NCBI GenBank assembly: GCA_016187335.1
Contig: JACPJW010000001.1
Coordinates: 853,978-917,977 of the forward strand
Direction of reading: 5' to 3'
Length of the DNA: 64,000 nucleotides
Source of the DNA: Candidatus Aenigmatarchaeota archaeon
Lineage (GTDB): Archaea; Aenigmatarchaeota; Aenigmatarchaeia; GW2011-AR5
In this document: positions 39,401-46,425 of the stretch, piece after piece
How the letters are laid out: every line of letters starts with the position of its first letter
Numbering within the stretch: position 1 is the first letter of the stretch
Made by a program: the position numbers and the translations under genes
The notes under the pieces: generated by a model
Seen by the model: only the letters and a program-made list of their open reading frames with translations
Told to the model about the DNA's origin: nothing
The model's database searches: none

Positions 39401-39822
39401 AGCCGCAGAAAAATAATAAGGGAAATGAGGTTAGAAGGAGAAAAACCGTAGGTTTTTCCTCCTCTAAAGGCGATGTAACGAAGGCGCAGGACCTCGCGCT
39501 CGCAGTCACGAACCTGATAAGCCTTGAGGAGCACCTTGCCTTCACGGCAATGAAGACAGGAAACAGCGACTTTCACGAGATGGCTAAAGCAGTGAGAAAG
39601 ATAAGAATCATGTGCCTGCGCAACCTGATAGGCGAGCCTGCGGGCGAGTTATGGTGCTCGTCAAAGCACGCGCTGTCGGCCATGATGCGTTTGTTTGAGG
39701 TCGCGAGCAAGGAAGAAGGCAAAAAATGCGAGGAATACATGAAAGCTGCGTTCGATCTGTACCAGCTGTTCTGGCTTTTCAAGGAGATAGGAAATGATGG
39801 AACTAAAACTAAAAAGGCTTAA
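39397..39822 (+). CDS. hypothetical protein
   Basis: 141 aa soluble ORF with conserved Cys (CLRNL, WCSS, KKCEEY). No recognisable family. Confidence 0.35.
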   Translation: MKPQKNNKGNEVRRRKTVGFSSSKGDVTKAQDLALAVTNLISLEEHLAFTAMKTGNSDFHEMAKAVRKIRIMCLRNLIGEPAGELWCSSKHALSAMMRLFEVASKEEGKKCEEYMKAAFDLYQLFWLFKEIGNDGTKTKKA

Positions 39823-39858
39823 AGCAAAATTAAGCAAAGCGGTAAAAAACGCGCTGCA

Positions 39859-40290
39859 GTGCTGCTACGAGGAGTGAACAAACTTTTCAAAATGGTGATA
39901 AAATTCATGAAGAAGATATACCTTGCACTTGCTGTATTTCTGGTCGCCGCGCTTGTCGCAGGAGTTGTCATAGCATTTCCCAATAAAAATGCGGTTCCGG
40001 CGTATGCAACAAGGCATCCCCTGATAAAGGAAGCCTACATGTTTTCAGTGGACAGCCCCGAAGCACTTGACGGCGTGAACTGCTACTGCGGCTGCATGCA
40101 CCACCCTCATGACGGGCGCATTCATGCCCGCGGGCTGCTTGACTGCTTCAGGACAGCAGACGGCGGCTTTGACCGGCACGCGAGTGAGTGCGACATGTGC
40201 ATCAAGGATGCACTAGAGGTCAAGCAGATGACCCAGCAGGGAAAATCACGCGATGAAATAAGAAGCTACATAGACGGAAAATACGCCTGA
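39859..40290 (+). CDS. PCYCGC-motif domain protein (membrane-anchored)
   Basis: Signal anchor, then VNCYCGCMHHPHDG...CDMC. The CYCGC motif defines the PCYCGC family of unknown function. Confidence 0.5.
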   Translation: MLLRGVNKLFKMVIKFMKKIYLALAVFLVAALVAGVVIAFPNKNAVPAYATRHPLIKEAYMFSVDSPEALDGVNCYCGCMHHPHDGRIHARGLLDCFRTADGGFDRHASECDMCIKDALEVKQMTQQGKSRDEIRSYIDGKYA

Positions 40291-40292
40291 AA

Positions 40293-40360
40293 GAAACTTT
40301 TCCAAAAAGTTTCATCATTTGCGAAGAAACAAAGTTTCTTCGAAATCCCGAAGAACTTCG
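40293..40360. repeat. three consecutive hairpins immediately after the 40290 stop
   Basis: gaaactttt-cca-aaaagtttc (40293-40313), cgaagaaac-aaa-gtttcttcg (40322-40342), and cgaag-aa-cttcg (40349-40360). Confidence 0.55.
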
Positions 40361-40440
40361 CTCTTCGAGGAAAATGGTAGACCTTCTTAGAGGTCTTCAA
40401 TCAAAAATAAGAATCCAAGGTTTGCTTTCCATCTTGATAG

Positions 40441-40908
40441 ATGATTGTTATGAAAAAAACGGGGAAAAAGAACGGCAAAAGTATCTTTGGTTGGCTGGGT
40501 TCAGCTTCAGGAAGCGGCGCGATAGCGGGCGCCCACAACGTATGCCATGCCCTGTGCCAGGGCTTGGTTCTTTTCTTGGCGCTGTTCGGGATAGCCGTCT
40601 CGTCAACCGCCCTCATGTTTCTGGAGGACTACGCGGTGTATTTCTGGTCAATGGGACTGTTTTTCCTTTTAATCTCGGCGTATTTTTTTGCTGTCAGGAA
40701 ACAGGGCTCGCAAAAGCTGCTGCTCGCGAACTCGGGAATACTTTTGGCAGGAATACCTTTCAGGCAGTTCGAGGCATTTTCGGCGGCTTTTCTTGCCGCG
40801 GGCGGGGCGATGATAGCTTTCAGTGTTTTCCTTTATTTGAACGAAAGAAATTTTCTTGTATTTGGAAATAGGAACAATGGAGGGCGTAAGAATGGCAAAA
40901 GTGGCTAA
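40441..40908 (+). CDS. integral membrane protein with CxxxC motif
   Basis: 155 aa with 4 TM segments. NVCHALCQG lies at the first TM. Confidence 0.45.
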   Translation: MIVMKKTGKKNGKSIFGWLGSASGSGAIAGAHNVCHALCQGLVLFLALFGIAVSSTALMFLEDYAVYFWSMGLFFLLISAYFFAVRKQGSQKLLLANSGILLAGIPFRQFEAFSAAFLAAGGAMIAFSVFLYLNERNFLVFGNRNNGGRKNGKSG

Positions 40909-41134
40909 GGAAAAAATATTCACGTATGTATTGGCAGGAGCGATAGCAGTGCTCGTCGCAGTTCTTTTATGGTCGCTGCTCCAGCCGGCGCCTGATTACT
41001 ACGGCGCCAGCTATGAGCGCGCGAAGCAGAGCAAGCTGTCAGACAAATGCGCGACGCCGTCTGGCTACACCGATGCGCAGTGGCGCGAGCATATGGGCCA
41101 CCACCCGGACCAGTACGCGGAATGCTTTAAGTAA
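40877..41134 (+). CDS. small TM-anchored protein with C-terminal Cys/His motif
   Basis: Start uncertain (40856/40877/40892). C-terminus CATPSGYTDAQWREHMGHHPDQYAEC. Confidence 0.35.
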   Translation: MEGVRMAKVAKEKIFTYVLAGAIAVLVAVLLWSLLQPAPDYYGASYERAKQSKLSDKCATPSGYTDAQWREHMGHHPDQYAECFK

Positions 41135-41169
41135 ATTTTTGAATAATTTGAACTGCGGAAAGGATAGGA

Positions 41170-41787
41170 ATGAAAATGAAAAAAGCCGCATATATTGCCG
41201 CAGGGCTTATTCTTGTTGCTATAATCTACCTTGCATTCTTCACCAAGCCTTCCTATGAGCCGGGAGAGATGGAAGAGCACATCAGGGGAAACCACAACGC
41301 TCCCATTGTCATCGTGGAGTTCAGCGACTTCCAGTGCCCTTACTGCAGGGCCGTGCAGCCGGCGCTCAACCAGCTGCTAACGGAATACCCCGATGATGTC
41401 AAGCTGATTTACCGGCATTTCCCGCTGCCTTCGCACCAGTACGCCATGAAAGCCGCGGAAGCCTCGGAATGCGCAGCCAACCAGGGAAAGTTCTGGGAAT
41501 ATCACGACATGCTTTTCCAGAATCAGGAGCGGCTTGACGTAAATTCGCTGAAAAGTTACGCAAAGCAACTTGGATTAAACACGACCTCTTTCAATGCGTG
41601 CCTTGACAGCGGAGCAATGCAGCAACGCATAGAAATAATCGTAAAGAACGGCGCGGAGAAAGGCGTTACAGGGACGCCGACATTCCTGATAAACGACAAA
41701 ATGCTGTCAGGCAACCAGCCCTACAGCGTGTTCAAAACATCTGTGGACGAAGAGCTGAAAAAATTAAATGAAACCCGGCGAGTCTAA
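41170..41787 (+). CDS. DsbA-like thiol:disulfide oxidoreductase (thioredoxin fold), membrane-anchored
   Basis: Signal anchor plus a CPYC active site in FSDFQCPYCRAV, and a DsbA-type second domain. Confidence 0.7.
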   Translation: MKMKKAAYIAAGLILVAIIYLAFFTKPSYEPGEMEEHIRGNHNAPIVIVEFSDFQCPYCRAVQPALNQLLTEYPDDVKLIYRHFPLPSHQYAMKAAEASECAANQGKFWEYHDMLFQNQERLDVNSLKSYAKQLGLNTTSFNACLDSGAMQQRIEIIVKNGAEKGVTGTPTFLINDKMLSGNQPYSVFKTSVDEELKKLNETRRV

Positions 41788-42128
41788 TGATTTGCATCGC
41801 GGCTTTGATAGTCCTCGGCATTCTCGGCATTTTTTCCGCATATCATCGGAAGCTCGCCAGAGAAGCCTTTGACTGCGTGCTGAACAGGATAAAGCTGCGC
41901 GAGTGCGAGGCGGGCTTTGACCGCAGGATGAAGATGGCTGTTTTCAATAAGCTTTCATGGTCGCCGCGCCTTGCACGGCTCTGGTATGACCACTTTGAGC
42001 TTGTTTCGTGGGCTTTCGTGATTTTGTTTTTTGCAAGCCTGTATTTCGCGGCTGCCGGAATCTACAACCTTATAACATACGGGACATGCGACCCCGCGAC
42101 GGGGCAGTGCATTTTGAAATTGAAATAG
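41787..42128 (+). CDS. small membrane protein with conserved Cys pairs
   Basis: 113 aa with two TM segments. CVLNRIKLRECEAG and a C-terminal GTCDPATGQC. Start overlaps the dsbA-like stop. Confidence 0.4.
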   Translation: MICIAALIVLGILGIFSAYHRKLAREAFDCVLNRIKLRECEAGFDRRMKMAVFNKLSWSPRLARLWYDHFELVSWAFVILFFASLYFAAAGIYNLITYGTCDPATGQCILKLK

Positions 42129-42130
42129 AA

Positions 42131-43306
42131 TCAGTACCTTCTTCTGCCGAAGCGCCTGTGAAATCCCCTTTCCTGATACCTTCTTTTCACGAAAACCTTC
42201 GGATAGTCCCTTTCGACAATTTTTTCTATGTCAGAAATGAAACGCATTATGCGCCTGAAAGATTCGTGGTCCTTTTTTGACAGGAGGGTTATTGCCTTGC
42301 CCTCTCTGCCTATGCGCGCTGTCCTGCCTATCCGGTGCGTGTAGCCGTCGGCATCGTTTGGGACATCGTAATTGAAGATGTGCGTGACGTTTCGTATGTC
42401 CAGGCCGCGCGCCGCGACATCCGTGGCAACAAGTATATGCGGCCTGCCCCGGTGGAATCCCTCCATGACATGCATTCTCTGCTGCTGGGTCATGTCGCCG
42501 TGTATCGCTTTCGCCTCAGCGCCGTTCTGTTCCAGCGCGTCGGCGACAAAATCCGTTTCCCTTTTCGTGTTACAGAAAATTATTGCCAGAGAAGGCTTTT
42601 CCTTCTTTATCAGGTGCAGCAGGAGCGATATCTTGTCATCTTCGCGCACGTCATAATAAAACTGCTTCAGCTTGTGCTTCGGCACGCGCAGGGCGACTGA
42701 AATCCTGACAGGCTCGTGCATGTAATTCCTTGCTATTCGCATAACATCGTCGGATATCGTCGCCGAGAACAGCATGGTCTGCCTTTTCCGGGGCAGGGCG
42801 CTGATGATGCGCCGTATGTCGTCGATGAATCCCATGTCAAGCATGCGGTCCGCTTCGTCCAGGACAAGTATTTTTAGCGACGAGAAATTCACGGTTCTTC
42901 TGCTCATGTGATCCAATATTCTGCCGGGCGTTCCGACAACTATTTCGGATGACCGCAGCGCGTTTATCTGCGGCTCTATGCCCACGCCGCCGTAAACCTT
43001 CGCGACGTTCAGCTGCATGTATTTCGAGAATTTTCTCATCTCGTTGGCAACCTGCTCGGCCAGTTCCCTTGTCGGCACAAGGACAAGCGCCTGCACGCCG
43101 CGCCGCGCCTCAATGGAATGAAGCATCGGGACGCCGAAAGCAGCTGTTTTGCCGGACCCCGTCATTGACTGTGCCACGACGTCATTGCCGCGCATCGCTA
43201 TGGGTATAACTTTTTCCTGTATTTCCGTCGTCTTGACGAAGCGCATATCCTTGAGCGCTGACAGAACTCTTTTGTCAATATTCAGCTTTTCAAACATGAT
43301 AATCAA
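42131..43306 (-). CDS. deaD: DEAD-box ATP-dependent RNA helicase
   Basis: Q motif (FVKTTEIQ), motif I AQSMTGSGKT, PTRELA, DEAD (VLDEADRMLD), SAT, and HRIGRTAR. Confidence 0.85.
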   Translation of the reverse strand: MIIMFEKLNIDKRVLSALKDMRFVKTTEIQEKVIPIAMRGNDVVAQSMTGSGKTAAFGVPMLHSIEARRGVQALVLVPTRELAEQVANEMRKFSKYMQLNVAKVYGGVGIEPQINALRSSEIVVGTPGRILDHMSRRTVNFSSLKILVLDEADRMLDMGFIDDIRRIISALPRKRQTMLFSATISDDVMRIARNYMHEPVRISVALRVPKHKLKQFYYDVREDDKISLLLHLIKKEKPSLAIIFCNTKRETDFVADALEQNGAEAKAIHGDMTQQQRMHVMEGFHRGRPHILVATDVAARGLDIRNVTHIFNYDVPNDADGYTHRIGRTARIGREGKAITLLSKKDHESFRRIMRFISDIEKIVERDYPKVFVKRRYQERGFHRRFGRRRY

Positions 43307-43327
43307 TTGGATGGTAGGTTTATATCT

Positions 43328-43589
43328 GCAGAAAGCATAGCTTTCTGAGATTTCAAAAAGCTTTGCTTTTTGTAAATTCTGTTAAGATGGGGAGGAAATC
43401 CCGTTTTTATTGCATGAAATGCAGTCAATAAGTTCATAATACTTCTGCATTCGCTCAAAAAGCGAAGCTTTTTGGCGTGTCAGAAAGCTCTGCTTTCTGA
43501 ACATATGCAACTCGAAGAAAGCGAAGCTTTCTTGAGTCTTCGGAAAGCTATGCTTTCCTGAAGAAAATACTACGGGCTTTAGCCCGTAG
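43328..43589. repeat. tandem array of 7 short palindromic hairpins (A-type: xRAAAGC-N3-GCTTTYx) in the deaD upstream/leader region
   Basis: cagaaagc-ata-gctttctg (43328-43346), caaaaagc-ttt-gctttttg (43353-43371), caaaaagc-gaa-gctttttg (43456-43474), cagaaagc-tct-gctttctg (43481-43499), aagaaagc-gaa-gctttctt (43515-43533), ggaaagc-tat-gctttcc (43542-43558), and ctacgggct-tt-agcccgtag (43570-43589). Base changes are compensatory between arms. Confidence 0.6.
43561..43589 (-). terminator. GC-rich hairpin followed (on the minus strand) by a U-tract: candidate terminator of the 43642-44643 gene
   Basis: Minus-strand reading gives ctacgggctaaagcccgtag tattttctt, 50 nt after the stop. Confidence 0.3.
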
Positions 43590-43641
43590 ATATTTATCCG
43601 CTGCTTTGAACGGAAAATCCACTTTTCGCCCCGTTTTGCTT

Positions 43642-44643
43642 TTACCCGAACGTGAACGCGAAAATCTTCAGCCCGTCCTCCGTGACGATTTTTATCTCCC
43701 TGGTGCCGTGGTTTCCTTTTACGAGATTGTACATATCGGGATGCGTTACGACGACAAAGCTCTTTCCGCCCTCGGTGACGACATCATCGCCCGCTTCTTC
43801 TTTCTTCAGGGGCTTGTCGTTGAGCAGTATTTCCGCTTTCGCTTTGCTGGAGTCCATCACGGCGTTGACTTCCGAGGCCGTGAATTTCAATGTGAGGTGA
43901 CCTTTCTTCTTTTCATGCTGCAGGAACTCGTCGTGCTGCGACCAGTCGCCGTCAAGGTAGATTGTGTCATTGCGGTGGTGCTTCGGGTCTGCGTAGGAAC
44001 CGCAGTCGCCGGGCATGCAGACGATGCCGTTGCCCAGCCCGGGATTGCGCAGCAGGCCGCAATACAGTTCGGGTGTTATTTTCAAAGCGGAAGGGCGGGG
44101 CTCGCTCCCAAGCTTGGCCGGAAGATCATCCTTGGTTTTTCTTTTTATTCCGAGCAGTTCGACAATCTTTCCCTCCGTTTCCCCGTAGGCGCCCTCGCCG
44201 GCGTGGTCGTAAACAATAACGCCTTTCCTGTCAACAAGAAGCTTTCTCGGCCACCATCTGTTTTTGTATCTGTACCATGTTTTGTATTCGCTGTCAACCG
44301 CTACGGGGTAAGCAATGTTATACTTTTTCACGGCGCTGCGCACATTTTCAGCGTCCTTCTCAAAATCAAACTCCGGCGTATGCACGCCGATTATCACCAA
44401 GCCTTTCTTTGAGTACTGCTGATGCCACTGCTTCAGGTATGGCAGCGTCCTCTGGCAGTTGACGCATGAATACGTCCAGAAATCTATCAGAACAACCTTG
44501 CCCTTTAGTTGGCTGATTTTCAGCGGCTTTGAATTGAGCCATGCCACAGCGTCTATTTCAGGCGCCTGTTTGCCCATCCATCCCTGTGAAAGCAGTCTTT
44601 CGAACATGATTAACACCGGAAGAAAAGCAGAGCGATCCGGCAA
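43642..44643 (-). CDS. thioredoxin-like (TlpA/ResA-type CxxC) oxidoreductase with a C-terminal beta-rich domain (DipZ C-terminal-like)
   Basis: FWTYSCVNCQRTLP is the redoxin active site. An extra domain of about 170 aa with conserved Cys (YCGLL, CMPGDCGSY) follows. Confidence 0.6.
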   Translation of the reverse strand: MPDRSAFLPVLIMFERLLSQGWMGKQAPEIDAVAWLNSKPLKISQLKGKVVLIDFWTYSCVNCQRTLPYLKQWHQQYSKKGLVIIGVHTPEFDFEKDAENVRSAVKKYNIAYPVAVDSEYKTWYRYKNRWWPRKLLVDRKGVIVYDHAGEGAYGETEGKIVELLGIKRKTKDDLPAKLGSEPRPSALKITPELYCGLLRNPGLGNGIVCMPGDCGSYADPKHHRNDTIYLDGDWSQHDEFLQHEKKKGHLTLKFTASEVNAVMDSSKAKAEILLNDKPLKKEEAGDDVVTEGGKSFVVVTHPDMYNLVKGNHGTREIKIVTEDGLKIFAFTFG

Positions 44644-44684
44644 AAGGTTCGTCTGCTCTTTGTTTGAAAAATTTAATCCTCCTC

Positions 44685-44843
44685 TTACTTTGCGTACTTG
44701 TCAGGGCTTTCCATGAACTTTTTCCTGCAATCCGGGCTGCAGAAGAAATAGCCAGCACCCTTGTAGCTCGCCCTCTCTCTGCCGGCGCTTATGTGCATCT
44801 TGCAGACAGGGTCTATCGGCATAATTCCATCCTTTCTGTTCAT
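44685..44843 (-). CDS. YHS-domain small metal-binding protein (52 aa, not in ORF track)
   Basis: Manual translation gives MNRKDGIMPIDPVCKMHISAGRERASYKGAGYFFCSPDCRKKFMESPDKYAK*. It fits the YHS consensus (DPVCGM...Y.G..YYFCS..C...F). Lies directly upstream of, and co-oriented with, the redoxin gene. Confidence 0.6.
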   Translation of the reverse strand: MNRKDGIMPIDPVCKMHISAGRERASYKGAGYFFCSPDCRKKFMESPDKYAK

Positions 44844-45036
44844 TAACTTTGTGATTAAGGGTTTAAATTCCTGAAAACAAGAAGAGGATGATTATAGGGA
44901 AATGGGGATAAGAAGAAAATCTGTAATATTTTTAATTAAGGAAATGAGGGTACAAGCAGTTTGATAAATTATATAAAATTTGAAATAGTTTGTCAAACTG
45001 CTTGAAGGGAGAGAAACCGCAAGTTTCCCTTTTGAT

Positions 45037-45057
45037 GAAACTTTTCGGAAAAGTTTC
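45037..45057. repeat. B-type hairpin gaaacttttc-g-gaaaagtttc abutting the 5' end of tRNA-Cys
   Basis: Perfect 10-bp inverted repeat whose arms are identical to the hairpin at 40293-40313. Confidence 0.55.
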
Positions 45058-45225
45058 GCTGGGTTGGCAGATCGGCTATCTGCAAAGACCGTCGGAAAAA
45101 CGGTTGCGGATAACGCAAACCGAAGATGTGCCCGCCTGCAGAAACCCTTTTGCACATGTAAACGTGCAAAAGCGTTTACGGAAAGCAGCGAGCGGGATAG
45201 GGGGGTTCGACTCCCTCACCCAGCT
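45058..45225 (+). tRNA. tRNA-Cys(GCA) with two introns (non-canonical intron near position 26/27 and canonical 37/38 intron)
   Basis: Acceptor GCTGGGT/ACCCAGC (7/7 bp) and D-arm GCAG-ATCGGCTAT-CTGC (45067-45083). Exon 2 CCCGC-CTGCAG (45131-45141) gives the anticodon loop C-T-GCA-G. Exon 3 from 45191 (A38, then GCGGG pairing CCCGC), variable loop ATAG, T-arm GGGGG-TTCGACT-CCCTC, discriminator T. Introns about 45084-45130 and 45142-45190. The 5' half resembles known archaeal tRNA-Cys (GCCAGGGTGGCAGA...GGCTAT). Confidence 0.6.
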
Positions 45226-45291
45226 TTATAGAAAATTAAAAGTGGGTGAATAGTTTTTTATATTTATCTTTCTTACTACTCTGAAATAACT

Positions 45292-46395
45292 ATGAGAAAT
45301 CTTAATCCTGACTTTGATATAAAAGGTTCGTCGCCGGCAATAAATGGGGTAAAATTGCTGATTGAAACGTATGCGCCATGGGATATTTCGGTCCTAATAA
45401 CAGGAGAGAAGGGAACCGGAAAAGAACTTGTTGCGCGCCAGATGCATAATAGGTCAGGACGAAAAGGCAATTTTGTTGCTCAGAATTGCGGCGGCGTACC
45501 AGAGGGTCTCGCGCCTACGCTTTTTTACGGCCATAGAAAAGGTGCATTTACAGATGCCAGGGATGACAAACCCGGGCTATTCTTGCTCGCTGAAAACGGC
45601 ACGTTGTTTCTTGACGAAGCCGAAGCCATGCCTCTGTCAATTCAACCGGTATTACTAAGGCCGCTTGATGGTTACGGCATCAGGCCGATAGGCAGCACTG
45701 CAGAAATTTATCCTAATTTTCGTGTTGTTGCAGCCACAAATCAAGAGCTTACACCAGACGGTTTCAGGAGCGACCTTCTTGACCGGCTTGATGGTTTCAG
45801 AATTCATATGCCGCCGCTGCGCGAGATACGAGAGGATATCCCAGAGATAGTAGAATTTTACTTGGAACAGATGAGGCGTAATTACGGTAGGAGAAAACAA
45901 TTTACAAGTGACGCGCTTTCCTTGTTGAAAAATCATGACTTTCCCGGAAACACGCGCCAGCTTATAAATGTTGTAAAATACGCTTATTTTGGCTCGAATA
46001 TGCACGATTTTATAGGAGCCGACCTGGTAGAACGGAGGCTATTTGGGAAAACAGCTGTAGAAGTTCCTGAAAAAGATGCGCCAGCTTATGAACCCGGAAG
46101 AGTTGTACCTGTTACCGGCAACGGTGAAGTCCGGGATAGAATTGCTGCCATACAAAATCCGCGCGAAAGAGAAATAGTTGAGGCGCTTTTAAGGCATGGC
46201 GGAAGAATGAGAGATGTCGCAGCAGAAATGCATATTACGTATCAAGGATTGTACGGAAGAATAAGAGCCTTAGGTTATCCAGGAACGGAAGAATTATATG
46301 TAAAGCATGAAATACCGAATTACAGGACTAGAACATCCAAGGCTCCTCCAGGTGTGCGGGTTGAAGTGCGGCAAAGAAGCAGCCATGTTATGTAG
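45292..46395 (+). CDS. sigma54-interaction-domain AAA+ transcriptional activator (PspF-like bEBP lacking a sensor domain) with a C-terminal Fis-type HTH
   Basis: Walker A GEKGTGKE, GAFTGA-like loop KGAFTDA, Walker B LFLDEAEAM, R-finger RVVAATNQ, and the FRSDLLDRL...PPLREIREDI block. C-terminal HTH IVEALLRHGGRMRDVAAEMHITYQGLYGRI. Confidence 0.75.
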   Translation: MRNLNPDFDIKGSSPAINGVKLLIETYAPWDISVLITGEKGTGKELVARQMHNRSGRKGNFVAQNCGGVPEGLAPTLFYGHRKGAFTDARDDKPGLFLLAENGTLFLDEAEAMPLSIQPVLLRPLDGYGIRPIGSTAEIYPNFRVVAATNQELTPDGFRSDLLDRLDGFRIHMPPLREIREDIPEIVEFYLEQMRRNYGRRKQFTSDALSLLKNHDFPGNTRQLINVVKYAYFGSNMHDFIGADLVERRLFGKTAVEVPEKDAPAYEPGRVVPVTGNGEVRDRIAAIQNPREREIVEALLRHGGRMRDVAAEMHITYQGLYGRIRALGYPGTEELYVKHEIPNYRTRTSKAPPGVRVEVRQRSSHVM

Positions 46396-46425
46396 GCTTC
46401 GCTGGTTCTAAATTCATGCGTCTTG

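Noticed and set aside
43320-43600. Possible CRISPR array
   Set aside because: The repeats are about 19-nt palindromes with different sequences in each unit and 3-35 nt irregular spacers. There are no identical direct repeats and no cas genes nearby.
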